Assembly: GCA_949297805.1 (NCBI GenBank)
Contig: CASFTG010000001.1
Span: forward strand, 70,716 to 134,715
Length of the DNA: 64,000 nucleotides
From: an uncultured bacterium
GTDB lineage: Bacteria; Bacillota_I; Bacilli_A; RFN20; CAG-826
Reading direction: 5' to 3'
The notes under the pieces were generated by a model that did no database searches, was not told where the DNA came from, and was given only the letters and a program-made list of their open reading frames with translations. A program made the position numbers and the translations under genes. Below, piece after piece: positions 1-9,662 of this stretch. How positions within the stretch are numbered: the first letter of the stretch is position 1; each line of letters starts with the position of its first letter.

Positions 1-8
1 ACTTCATC

Positions 9-1934
9 TTATTCGACCCCCTTGGCTTGGATATCGGCGATCTCTTGATAGAGGGCGCAGTCTTTCATTAGTTGCTCATGGGTCCCGTAGCCGACCATCT
101 TCCCGTTATCGAGGACCAAGATTTTGTCGCAGCGTTTCACTGAATCGATCCGCTGGGCGATCATGAAGACGGTGGTGGACTTCAAGGAGGTGTCGAGTTG
201 CTCTTGGATCTTCCGGCTGGTTTCCATATCGCAAGCCGAAACCGAGTCATCGAGGATGAGGATCTTCGGCTGCTTGATGACGGCTCTGGCGATGCAAAGC
301 CGTTGCTTTTGCCCACCGGAGACCGATTTGCCCCCTTGGGCGACCGGGGTATCGAGCCCGTCTTTGAAGCGGCTTACGAACTCGGAAGCGCAGGCGATGT
401 CGAGGGCTTTATCGATTTCCTCGTCGCTGGCGTTCTTCTTTCCCCATTGGATGTTGCTTCGAATGGTCCCGGTGAAAAGGACGTTATTTTGGAGGACGAC
501 GCCGATTTCATCCCGCAAGGCGGATAATGAATAGTCCTTGACGTTATGGCCGCCGATGAGGACTTCGCCGAGGGTGGCGTCGTAAAGTCTCGGGATCAAA
601 TTGACCAAGGAGGATTTGCCAGAGCCGGTCCCGCCGATGATGCCGATCTTCTCGCCGGCTTGGATATGAAGGTTGAGCGGCCCAACGGCTGGTTTGCTCG
701 GATCTTTCAAATATGAGAAGACCAGATCTTTGAACTCGACGTCGGCCCCGGATAGATGGTCGGGGTCGAAGTCAGCGGTCTTGGGCTTCGGAACATAGGA
801 GATGTCGATCTCCTCGCATAAGACCCGGTCGATCCGTTCCTTTGAAGCTTCGGCCCTGGAATAGAACTGGACGATCATCGAAAGGAAGGAGAAGGACATG
901 GTGAGGACGGCGGCGTAGCTAGTGAGCATGGTGAGCTCGCCGGCATCGAATAAGGGATTGCCGTTATTGAACATGGTCCAGATGGCGTTGGGGTCGGCTT
1001 GGATGGAATAAAGCATCGAGAAGCCGCCGAGCAGTTGGATGATGGCGATGACGATGTTGATGGTGAGGGTGGTGATGGCGCTGGACATGCCAAGGCGGGA
1101 GACCGAGGAATAGGTGATGTCGGTCAGTTCGCCATTGGCCTTTTCGAACTTCTGCTGCATATACCCTTCCCGGCAGAAGGCTTTGACCTCGCGGATGCCC
1201 TCGGTGTCTTCCTCGACGTTGTGGTTGACCGCGTCGATGGCGCTTTGGGTCATGACGAACTGGGGTTTGGTCTTCTTGATGATGTAGCAGATGATGAGGA
1301 ACCCGATGGCGACAAGGGGCAAAGCGATGATGCCGATGAGCCAATTGAGGGAGAAGATGAAGATGAAGGCGATGGCGGCGACCATGCTCTGCTTGAACCC
1401 CATCCGGACCATCATCATGACGAAGAAGCGGATGTTGTTGCAGTCATTGGAGAGCATGGTGGTCAATTTGCTGACTGGGAAGTCGCCGATGTTGGAGAAG
1501 GAGAATTGCTCGGCTTTATAGAAGATGGTGTTGCGGAGCCGTTCGATGTAATCGCTGGAGATGGCAGCGGACAGTTTCATCCCGGCCAACTGGCAGGCGA
1601 TGGCGAGCAACGAACAGGCGATCATCAAGCCGCCATAAAGCCAGACGTAATAAAGGTTGGGCTGATCGAAGCCGCCCCCGATGACGATCGGCTGGGGCAA
1701 GCCCATGGCGTTGAGGTTGCCATACCCCTCCAAGCCGTTGCGGATCATTAAGCCGGAAAGGAAGGGAATCATCAATTCGAAGAAGGCGTCGAAGAGGATG
1801 ACGAAGAAATCGACGATGATAAGCCGCCAGCTGGGCTTTAGGCATTCGATGTAGATCGGTAAAGTCCTTTTGGCGTCCTTCTTGTCGATCTCGGCGTCGC
1901 GCGCCGAATAGGTTAGAGCGGAGTCAGATTTCAT
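9..1934 (-). CDS. ABC exporter, fused permease/ATP-binding subunit (degenerate-site half of a heterodimeric multidrug-type exporter)
   Basis: About 6 TM helices then NBD: Walker A GGTGSGKS, signature VSGGQKQR, Walker B ILILDD (D for catalytic E), switch IAQR (Q for H). A minus-strand ATG at 7..5 right after the stop suggests the partner gene continues outside the window. Confidence 0.92.
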   Translation of the reverse strand: MKSDSALTYSARDAEIDKKDAKRTLPIYIECLKPSWRLIIVDFFVILFDAFFELMIPFLSGLMIRNGLEGYGNLNAMGLPQPIVIGGGFDQPNLYYVWLYGGLMIACSLLAIACQLAGMKLSAAISSDYIERLRNTIFYKAEQFSFSNIGDFPVSKLTTMLSNDCNNIRFFVMMMVRMGFKQSMVAAIAFIFIFSLNWLIGIIALPLVAIGFLIICYIIKKTKPQFVMTQSAIDAVNHNVEEDTEGIREVKAFCREGYMQQKFEKANGELTDITYSSVSRLGMSSAITTLTINIVIAIIQLLGGFSMLYSIQADPNAIWTMFNNGNPLFDAGELTMLTSYAAVLTMSFSFLSMIVQFYSRAEASKERIDRVLCEEIDISYVPKPKTADFDPDHLSGADVEFKDLVFSYLKDPSKPAVGPLNLHIQAGEKIGIIGGTGSGKSSLVNLIPRLYDATLGEVLIGGHNVKDYSLSALRDEIGVVLQNNVLFTGTIRSNIQWGKKNASDEEIDKALDIACASEFVSRFKDGLDTPVAQGGKSVSGGQKQRLCIARAVIKQPKILILDDSVSACDMETSRKIQEQLDTSLKSTTVFMIAQRIDSVKRCDKILVLDNGKMVGYGTHEQLMKDCALYQEIADIQAKGVE

Positions 1935-2041
1935 AGCGGACGCATTTTAGTGCGCTTGTTCTTCCTTTGGAAGGGGGAAATCGTCTTTCGCTGTTTTTGC
2001 CTCTTTAACCAGCCCTTTATTGTGGTTAAGATAGCCGCCGT

Positions 2042-2608
2042 ATGGATTGGCCCTTAGTCATCATCACTTCCTTCAACATGGCGATCGACGCCTCGGTCAC
2101 CAATGCCTGCAATGCGGTCCGGACCGGGTTGAAGAAGTGGGGCTTGTTGCTTTTAGCCGCCTTTCTCTTCGGGTTATTCCAAGCGGCGATGCCAACGATT
2201 GGTTATTTTGTTGGCTATGCTTTCCGGGAAGTATTAGAGACCTATATCCCCTATATTGCTTTTGCCTTATTAACCTTATTGGCGATTAAGAGTTTCGTTG
2301 ATTTTATTAAGGAATTGCGGTCTTCCGAAGAGGAAAGGGGTGGGGAACTCCGCTTCCGCGAGATTTTATTTCAAGCGGTCGCCACCTCTATCGACGCTTT
2401 GTGCATCGGCTTCACTTTCCTTTCTTATTCGATTCCGGAAGCCCTTATTGTCTTTAGTTGCATCGGCGGGATTACCTTCGCGGTTTCCTTTGGGTGCGCT
2501 TTGCTCGGCTCGATCTTATCCCGTCCTTTGAAGCGGTACGCGGGGCTGATATCCGCTCTCGTTTTCTTTGGGATTGGGCTTAAGATCATCCTCGAAGCCA
2601 TCTTATAG
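2042..2608 (+). CDS. mntP: Manganese efflux pump MntP family
   Basis: 188 aa with 6 hydrophobic segments; FGLFQAAMPTIGY and AVATSIDAL motifs typical of MntP. Confidence 0.85.
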   Translation: MDWPLVIITSFNMAIDASVTNACNAVRTGLKKWGLLLLAAFLFGLFQAAMPTIGYFVGYAFREVLETYIPYIAFALLTLLAIKSFVDFIKELRSSEEERGGELRFREILFQAVATSIDALCIGFTFLSYSIPEALIVFSCIGGITFAVSFGCALLGSILSRPLKRYAGLISALVFFGIGLKIILEAIL

Positions 2609-2663
2609 GCGGGTTATTTCTTTATAGAAATAGTTTGACTTGTGCTATATACTAGCCCGCCGT

Positions 2664-4589
2664 ATGGAAAACGAAACGAGCAAAAAGCATACCGTTAGGA
2701 AAACGTTCAAGGTCATCGGGATTGTTTTGGGCCTTCTTTTGGCGGTTCTGTTCTTCTTCGGCTTTTTCTCGATTCTTTGGGTCATGCGGACCTTCCCTTA
2801 CGTCTCGGTGCCGGAAGTCATCGCCACCTTGGTTTCCCTCGGCGGGGCCCCGGCTTCCTCAATCATGCCTTTCATCTATGCCGCGGTTTTGCCGACCATC
2901 GGGGTGGCGGCGGTCATTGGGGTCAGTTACCTTTTGCTTTATCTATTCAAGGTCAAGCGGCGGAACCTCATCTGTTTATTGACCTTCGGCTTAGCCGGCT
3001 TAGTGGCGGTCGTTCCGTCTTTGGCGGCCTTTTGGAATTACCTCGATCTGACCACCTACATTAAGTCGATGATGACCGAGTCCTCTTTCGTCGATGAGCA
3101 TTACGTCGACCCGGCCAACGTCGATGTCGAAGCCCCGGAGCAGAAACGGAACCTCATCTTCCTCTTCCTCGAATCGATGGAAACCACTTATTCGGATAAA
3201 GAAAACGGTGGTTATTTCGATGCCAACTTCATCCCGGAATTGACTGAGCTAGCCGAGACCTATGACGATTTCTCCGGCGATTCGGTTACGTTAAACGGGT
3301 CCCATTGCCTCGAATACACTTCCTGGACGATGGCGGCGATGTTCGCCCATACCTCGGGTTTGCCCTTCAAGACTATCTTGGGTCAAAACAACATGGATAC
3401 CCAGGAAAGCTTTTTCCCCAACGTCATGTCCTTAGGCGATATCTTGGCTAAGGACGGCTATGACCAGACCTTCTTCTGCGGGTCGGACGCGACTTTCGGC
3501 GGAAGGCGCCTTTACCTTTCCGAGCATGGGAACTTCACCATGCGGGATTACAACTATTTTCATAGCCTTCCGACCGACGATCCCAACCACGTCGATCACG
3601 ATGGCTGGTGGGGGTTTGAGGATTACCACCTCTTCGATTTCTTAAAGCAAGCGGTCCTTAGTAAGCAGGAGGCGGCCAAAGCCGGGCATCCTTTCAACAT
3701 CACCGGTTTGACCGTCGATACCCATTTCAACAATGGTGGGAAAGGCGATGACGGCCATCCGTGCCCTTATTGTGACGAAACGCTGGTCGAGGAAAACCAA
3801 TATGGGGCGGTCATCTCCTGCTCCTCCAATCAGGTCAGCCAGTTCGTCGATTGGTTTTATTCCTCCGGCGCGGTCGATAAGGAAGTGAGTGAGAACACGA
3901 CCATGGTCTTAGTCGGCGACCACATCTCCATGAGCGCCCGTTGGCTTGATGAGGCGAAGAAAGACGATTTCGATCGGCGGACTTATTATTGCTTCATCAA
4001 TTCGGCGGTTACGGTCGATCCGGCGGTGGAGCATGAGACTCGCGATTACTGTGCTTTCGATACTTATCCGACCACCTTGGCGGCCTTAGGGTATACGGTG
4101 CCCGGGGACCGGCTGGCCTTAGGGACCAATTTATATTCCGCTACCCCGACTTTATTGGAGCAATATGGGGTCGAGACGGTCAACGAGGAGATCCAGAACC
4201 GGAGCGAGACCCTCGAATCCCTCTTAGAGGTCGATGAGTTCAACTTGACCTATCTGGCCCGGAAAGGCTGGCTCCCGACCGCGACGCCAAAGATCGAAGT
4301 TGAGGAAACGAAGATCCACGCCGTCTTGGCTGATATTGGTAAGCCGGTCGAACTAAGAGAGGATTTCGCCGGGGCCGAGGTGACGATTGAAGCCATCGGG
4401 GGGAACTCCAAAACCTTCGCCTTAGAAAAGCTGAACGACAACTGGAACTATGGGGTTGATATCCCGATTACTGAGCTCCCGCCGGCCAAGGCCTGGGGGT
4501 ATAAAGCCGAGTTCCATCTAATCGGGGAAAGAAGCGGCAACGCCTATTCCTTCGATGCCGTGACCTTCGACCTTGATTCCTTATCTTAA
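2664..4589 (+). CDS. LTA synthase / phosphoglycerol transferase (OpgB/MdoB-like) sulfatase-fold membrane protein
   Basis: About 3 N-terminal TM helices; NLIFLFLESME, WTMAAM (catalytic Thr), TVDTH and LVGDH metal-site motifs. ATG 2664 preferred over TTG 2640. Confidence 0.85.
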   Translation: MENETSKKHTVRKTFKVIGIVLGLLLAVLFFFGFFSILWVMRTFPYVSVPEVIATLVSLGGAPASSIMPFIYAAVLPTIGVAAVIGVSYLLLYLFKVKRRNLICLLTFGLAGLVAVVPSLAAFWNYLDLTTYIKSMMTESSFVDEHYVDPANVDVEAPEQKRNLIFLFLESMETTYSDKENGGYFDANFIPELTELAETYDDFSGDSVTLNGSHCLEYTSWTMAAMFAHTSGLPFKTILGQNNMDTQESFFPNVMSLGDILAKDGYDQTFFCGSDATFGGRRLYLSEHGNFTMRDYNYFHSLPTDDPNHVDHDGWWGFEDYHLFDFLKQAVLSKQEAAKAGHPFNITGLTVDTHFNNGGKGDDGHPCPYCDETLVEENQYGAVISCSSNQVSQFVDWFYSSGAVDKEVSENTTMVLVGDHISMSARWLDEAKKDDFDRRTYYCFINSAVTVDPAVEHETRDYCAFDTYPTTLAALGYTVPGDRLALGTNLYSATPTLLEQYGVETVNEEIQNRSETLESLLEVDEFNLTYLARKGWLPTATPKIEVEETKIHAVLADIGKPVELREDFAGAEVTIEAIGGNSKTFALEKLNDNWNYGVDIPITELPPAKAWGYKAEFHLIGERSGNAYSFDAVTFDLDSLS

Positions 4590-4635
4590 TTTGTTGGCCT
4601 TCGGGTATAATCAGCCCGGAGGCTTTTTAAAAACC

Positions 4636-5883
4636 ATGGATGCATATCGAGATTTCCTTCTAGAGGCGTTAAAGGCCTCCGCCTCTTTCTACGTCAACGC
4701 GGCCTTAGTCGAAAAGAAACTGAAAGAGGCGGGATTTACGGAGAGTTTGACTGATCCTTGCTTCTATTTGAATCGGCAGGGCGGGGCGGTTTTGGCGGTT
4801 AAAATGCCTGCAAGAATGGTGAAGCCTTATTTCAAGGTGTATGCCGCCCATATCGATTCGCCTTGCCTGAAGCTGAAGGCTAATCCCGTCTTGAACCAAG
4901 CCGGTTGCAGCGTGCTGCAATGCGAGCCCTATGGGGGATTGATCTATGCTTCCTATTTTGACCGTCCTTTGTATTTATCGGGGATGGTCTATTGCCTTGA
5001 AGATGGGAAGCCGGTTGGCCATTTAGTCGAAGGGGAAACCCCTTTCGCCTATTTGCCTAGACTTGCCATCCATTATGACCGGGAGGTCAATAACCATAAT
5101 GAGATAAACGCCAATAAAGACCTCCGCCCGATTGTTAGCCATAGCGAGGATTTCGATTTCAATGGTTATCTCCTTTCCCTTTTCCCGAAAGCCAGTAAGG
5201 TTCTTAGCCATGACCTCTACCTCATCGTTAAGGAAACCCCGACTTTCGTTGGCCAGGGGAAGGATCTGCTTTCCTCGCCTCGCCTCGACGACCTTGGTGG
5301 GGCCTTTCCGGGGCTATATGGCTTCCTCCAATCCCCCAATGCCGAAGAGGATGAGATCAAAGTCTTGGCCTTATTCGCTTCCGAGGAAGTGGGGTCAGCG
5401 ACCTATTTCGGGGCCGAAGGGGGTTTGCTGGTCGAAACCTTGAATCGGCTGGCTAAGCATTATAGCTTTGATTTGGATGAGGCTTTGCCTTCTTCCTTTT
5501 TGGTCTCGAGCGATGGAGCCCACGCTGGCCATCCCTCCCATCATGATTTAGAGGACCCGACCTGCGCGGTCCGGCTCGGCCGGGGGCTTTGCTTCAAGCG
5601 CAGCGCCTCCGCCGCCTATTCGACCTTCGCCTATACCGAAGCGGTCGGGAAGGCGATTTGCTTAAAGGAAGGAATTTCCTATCAGGATTTCGCCACCCGA
5701 AGCGATCTCCGTTCCGGCTCAACCTTGGCTTCCATTTCCAATACCCGCCTTTCGATCCCCTCTGTTGATATGGGCATTCCAATGCTCGCGATGCATTCTT
5801 CGGTCGAGGTCGCCTCTTATTTAGACTTATTATGGATGGAGAAGTTTGCCAAGGCCTATTTCGATCGGGAGATTAAGCAATGA
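4636..5883 (+). CDS. M18 family (aspartyl) aminopeptidase
   Basis: AHIDSP, RLDDL, EEVGS, SDGAH and LAMHS motifs; GGAGG before ATG 4636. Confidence 0.88.
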   Translation: MDAYRDFLLEALKASASFYVNAALVEKKLKEAGFTESLTDPCFYLNRQGGAVLAVKMPARMVKPYFKVYAAHIDSPCLKLKANPVLNQAGCSVLQCEPYGGLIYASYFDRPLYLSGMVYCLEDGKPVGHLVEGETPFAYLPRLAIHYDREVNNHNEINANKDLRPIVSHSEDFDFNGYLLSLFPKASKVLSHDLYLIVKETPTFVGQGKDLLSSPRLDDLGGAFPGLYGFLQSPNAEEDEIKVLALFASEEVGSATYFGAEGGLLVETLNRLAKHYSFDLDEALPSSFLVSSDGAHAGHPSHHDLEDPTCAVRLGRGLCFKRSASAAYSTFAYTEAVGKAICLKEGISYQDFATRSDLRSGSTLASISNTRLSIPSVDMGIPMLAMHSSVEVASYLDLLWMEKFAKAYFDREIKQ

Positions 5884-6569
5884 ACCGCCTGATCCTCGTT
5901 GGGGGCGGCTCGTCATCGGGCAAATCCTATATCACCTCCGAGGTCATGAAGCGGTTAGGCGACCAAGACATCGTCCGCTTAACGATGGACGACTATTACA
6001 AAGACCAGGCTGATATTCCTTTAGAAGAAAGATATAAGGTCAACTATGACCATCCCAAAGCCTTTGATTGGCCCTTGATGCGGAAGCAACTAAGGGACTT
6101 AAAGGATGGCAAGCCGATTCAGAAGCCGATTTATGACTTTGTGACCTTGACTCGGACCGATAAGGTCGAGACCATAAGTCCGAAGAAGGTTATCGTGGTT
6201 GAGGGGATCATGGCCCTAGTCGACAAAGAGATCCGGAAACTGGGCGACATCAAGGTGTTCATCACCGCCTCGGCTGAGCGGCGCTTCCTCCGTCGGCTTA
6301 TCCGCGATAAAAGGGAGAGGGGCCGGTCCTTTGAGAACATCGTCTCCCAATACTTCAACACCGTCCAGCCGATGTATGGGGAGATAGTCGAGCCCAGTTC
6401 CATCTATGCTGACTTCATCATCAATAATGATGGGGTCAAGAACGTCGCCGTCGATATCCTTACTGTTCTACTAGAAGAAGAGATCGAATCCTCTTCCCAT
6501 TCCTATTCGCCCCAATCGATGGAGGAGGAGTTCACCGAAGCGAGCTTAGAGGAAGCGTTCACGAAATAA
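5880..6569 (+). CDS. udk: Uridine kinase
   Basis: P-loop GGSSSGKS, DDYYKD, NYDHPKAFD, VVEGI, RRLIRD..ERGRS. Confidence 0.93.
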   Translation: MNRLILVGGGSSSGKSYITSEVMKRLGDQDIVRLTMDDYYKDQADIPLEERYKVNYDHPKAFDWPLMRKQLRDLKDGKPIQKPIYDFVTLTRTDKVETISPKKVIVVEGIMALVDKEIRKLGDIKVFITASAERRFLRRLIRDKRERGRSFENIVSQYFNTVQPMYGEIVEPSSIYADFIINNDGVKNVAVDILTVLLEEEIESSSHSYSPQSMEEEFTEASLEEAFTK

Positions 6570-6577
6570 TAAAAGAT

Positions 6578-6610
6578 GGCCGTCTCGATTTTCCTTAGAG
6601 GTGGCCTTTT
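6578..6610 (+). terminator. Intrinsic terminator after udk
   Basis: ggccgtctc...gaggtggcc hairpin (with G-U pairs) followed by tttt. Confidence 0.6.
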
Positions 6611-6616
6611 ATTATG

Positions 6617-6644
6617 AAGAAAAGCCGCCGGATGAACGGCGGCT
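6617..6644 (-). terminator. Intrinsic terminator for lipoprotein 6664..9369
   Basis: Perfect stem agccgccg/cggcggct with 6-nt loop, then a U-rich tract on the minus strand. Confidence 0.75.
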
Positions 6645-6663
6645 AATCAATTAAAGTGAAGGT

Positions 6664-9369
6664 TTATTCCGCGACCCGGGTGAACGGGAGGAGGTTGTAA
6701 TAGCTTTCCTCATCTAACGAGCCGATGATGGGATAGTACTCGGCCGACCATTCCGATTCGGACGTGATGGTGCAATACATGCAGAGGGACAGGCTATCTT
6801 CACCCGGCAGGTATTCGAATTCCATCGAGATCTGGTCGGCGGTGTAGTCGAAGGGGTCCCCGGTGGTCTCCATGGCATAGACCTTGGCAATCAAGCTGCC
6901 GTGGTCATATTCATAGTAGATTGAGTAGGTGTCGGTATAGGTGCCGGCATCGACGGTGATGGTCCCTTTCTTCGGGGCGGTGTAGTAGTCCTCGTTGTAA
7001 TCGCCATCATAGGCCTCATCGGTCAATTCGATGGTGTAATCTCCCCAATCGTCGGAAGCGGTCCAACTGCCGGTCGGCAAGGCGGAAGCGGGCAGGACGG
7101 TGATGGTGAGGTAGTAGCCATTGGCGAAGGAGCTGGAGGTCGTGTCCATCCAGTCGGAGCGGATCCGGACTAGGACGTCGGTCGGCTCGGTGATGTTGGC
7201 GGTAGCCGGCGAGGAAACAGTGAGCTGCTTATTCGCGGTCGATTCGACGGTCAGGATGTTGGCGTAGGTTGGGTCGACTTCGGCGGTGAAGACGCAGGGC
7301 GCGCTGTCGGGGGTGACGATGACGCCATACGACTCAGTGGTGCCGACGTAGATCGAGGCTGAGCTGGTCGAGGTGACCATCGCGTTGCTGGTCCAGTCGA
7401 GGGAGAAGCTATGGAACTTCTTGGTGGCCGAGACTTGGATTTCGACATCGTGCTGGACGCCGCTGCTCTTGGTGTGGTTGGTGAGGGTGACGGTCGCGGT
7501 GCCGATGCCGACGCAGGTCATCTCGTTGTAGGCGTCATAGACGGTCTTGGTGATGATGCTGTCATCGCTGGATTCGGTCGGGGCGTATTGCCAGAGGTCA
7601 AGGGCGGTCGAGGGAGCGAACTCAACGGTGGCGTTCTCCAATTCATCATCGTCGTTGGCGGTGCTGACGGCGACTTTGTCGTCGTAATGGAGGACGTTGT
7701 TGGTTCCGGTGTCGGCGACGCCGGCTTCAGCATTGTAGAAGCGGACCTTGGTGAACTCCTGGATGAAGTAATCATCAGGGTTGAAGGTCGAGGGGAGGGC
7801 CGATTCGACGGTGCCATCGTAGGTATAGGTGGCGGCGATGGTCTTAGCGACGGTGCCGGCGGCTCCGTTAGTGGGGGCATGGGAGGTGAAGTTCCACTCA
7901 TCCTCGCCATAGGAGGTCTCGGTGTAATCCACGCCGGTCAATTCGCCTTTGGCAGTGAAGGTGAGGGTCACGTCGAAGATGACGCCTTCGTGATGTTCGC
8001 TGGTGTAGGTGCCTTCGCTGGAGTTGTATTCGACGACGGTGTCAAGGTCGGTGGTGAAGCCAGTATCGGTCTTGGTCGAGCTGACGTTGATCTTCGAATA
8101 GGAGACCTCGTCGTTGCTCTCCGAGTCAACGCCGACGCGGTAGGCGTACATCAAATCGTATTCCATCAAGCTCATCTGATGCGGGATGGTGTTGAGTTCG
8201 TGCATCGCGTTGGCGGTCGATTTGGTGAAGCGGCCTTCCTCATTGACGTCATCGATATCGTAACGGACCGAGAAGCCGGTGTTGGAACGGTTGCTTAGAC
8301 GATAGGGATCGTCATTGCCTTCACCCGGGGTATAAGTATCGGCGACGATGAATTGCTTAGTTTCGTCATCATAATGCTTATAGACGAAGTAATCGCGGTT
8401 GGTGCCGTTGTCCTTAACGGTCAAATAGGTCGTGTCATCGGCGTACTTATGCATCGCGATGGTGTTGTTGATGGTGTCATCTTTGATTTTGACCTCCATC
8501 GCGGTGAGGTTATCGGTGTTGATGGTCGAGGTGCTGCGGATCGAGCCGTCGAAGAGGCTATAAAGCTGATCGGCGTTGGAGGGCAGGGTATCGACGTTGG
8601 TCCGGCGGACATAGCAAGGACGCTCAGCCGCGGGATCGTAGAAGAAGTCATAAGTGGCGCCTGAGGCGATCTGGAGGTTCTGGTCCGACGGGTTGGAGGG
8701 CGAGGAGTAGATGAAGGTGATGTTGGCGAAGCACTTCCGCTCATCGACGGAGGCGACGTCAAGCTTGGTCTTGTTCCCGTCTTCGCCGGTGACCTGATAG
8801 GAGAACTTGGCCATGTCGGCGGTGGTGTTGACCGCGACCCCTTTGGCTTCGTAAATACCGGTTTCTGGGTTGAGGGTCAAAGCCGCGACCACATCGCCGA
8901 CTAAAGTGATGTCGCCTTTGACTTCGACATTGGGCTCGACCATGACCGATTGATTCGGCATGACGAAGGTATAGGTCTTGCCATCATCGGCGCTGGTGCA
9001 TTCGATGGTCTTGGAGCCAGCGACGACATTAATTCCCAATAAGGTATAGCCGGATTCGACTTTTTCGACGGTGATGGTAACCGTTTCCCCTTCGGCGGCC
9101 TTGGTTTTATCCAAGATAATTGTAACGCCGGTTTTGCTGCTGAGGCGGATGGCGTAGGTGTCGACAGGATCGACGGTCGAGCCGCCGCCGGAATTGGAAT
9201 CACTGCCAGTTTGGCTATCTGACGAGCCCGAATTGGTTTGCGATCCGCCGGTATTGCTATTCTCCGTCGTGCCGCTTGGGGTCGAGCTAGAGGAATCGGT
9301 TGGCTGGTTGCAACCGACCAGCAAGAAAGCCGCAGCTAGGATAGCAAGGGACTTGTTAGGTCTTTTCAT
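6664..9369 (-). CDS. Large acidic surface lipoprotein, type A (FxMP/InlB-B-like repeat plus Ig-like domains); paralogue of 17101..19686
   Basis: Lipobox LLVGC, Ser/Thr/Gly tether, YTFVMPNQSV domain; shares GATYDF[FY]YD and YDLMYAY with 17101..19686; AAGGAG RBS. Confidence 0.85.
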   Translation of the reverse strand: MKRPNKSLAILAAAFLLVGCNQPTDSSSSTPSGTTENSNTGGSQTNSGSSDSQTGSDSNSGGGSTVDPVDTYAIRLSSKTGVTIILDKTKAAEGETVTITVEKVESGYTLLGINVVAGSKTIECTSADDGKTYTFVMPNQSVMVEPNVEVKGDITLVGDVVAALTLNPETGIYEAKGVAVNTTADMAKFSYQVTGEDGNKTKLDVASVDERKCFANITFIYSSPSNPSDQNLQIASGATYDFFYDPAAERPCYVRRTNVDTLPSNADQLYSLFDGSIRSTSTINTDNLTAMEVKIKDDTINNTIAMHKYADDTTYLTVKDNGTNRDYFVYKHYDDETKQFIVADTYTPGEGNDDPYRLSNRSNTGFSVRYDIDDVNEEGRFTKSTANAMHELNTIPHQMSLMEYDLMYAYRVGVDSESNDEVSYSKINVSSTKTDTGFTTDLDTVVEYNSSEGTYTSEHHEGVIFDVTLTFTAKGELTGVDYTETSYGEDEWNFTSHAPTNGAAGTVAKTIAATYTYDGTVESALPSTFNPDDYFIQEFTKVRFYNAEAGVADTGTNNVLHYDDKVAVSTANDDDELENATVEFAPSTALDLWQYAPTESSDDSIITKTVYDAYNEMTCVGIGTATVTLTNHTKSSGVQHDVEIQVSATKKFHSFSLDWTSNAMVTSTSSASIYVGTTESYGVIVTPDSAPCVFTAEVDPTYANILTVESTANKQLTVSSPATANITEPTDVLVRIRSDWMDTTSSSFANGYYLTITVLPASALPTGSWTASDDWGDYTIELTDEAYDGDYNEDYYTAPKKGTITVDAGTYTDTYSIYYEYDHGSLIAKVYAMETTGDPFDYTADQISMEFEYLPGEDSLSLCMYCTITSESEWSAEYYPIIGSLDEESYYNLLPFTRVAE

Positions 9370-9602
9370 GTGCTGAATTTCACTCCTTTAAAAATCGCGC
9401 TCTATGATGGAAGCGAAATCAAATTTGTCAAATGTTTTTCCTCGCGCGCCTATATTTATTAATTTAGGATTAAAAAAAGTTTAGTGGCGTCAATGGTAGT
9501 TGGAGACCCTGTTGATCGTGATTAAATTATCGATTACCATCGCTATATTATTCGATTGATTCGAGACTTTTGTTAGAAGTCAATCAAAATACGAAAAATA
9601 AC

Positions 9603-9630
9603 TTGTACAAAACGGGTCGAACCATATAAT
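9603..9630 (+). promoter_or_regulatory. Sigma70/SigA-type promoter for lipoprotein operon 9663-14704
   Basis: TTGTAC-16-TATAAT, followed by AAGGAG RBS. Confidence 0.6.
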
Positions 9631-9662
9631 GAGCCCATCTTTCAAAGCGAAAGGAGAAAAAT

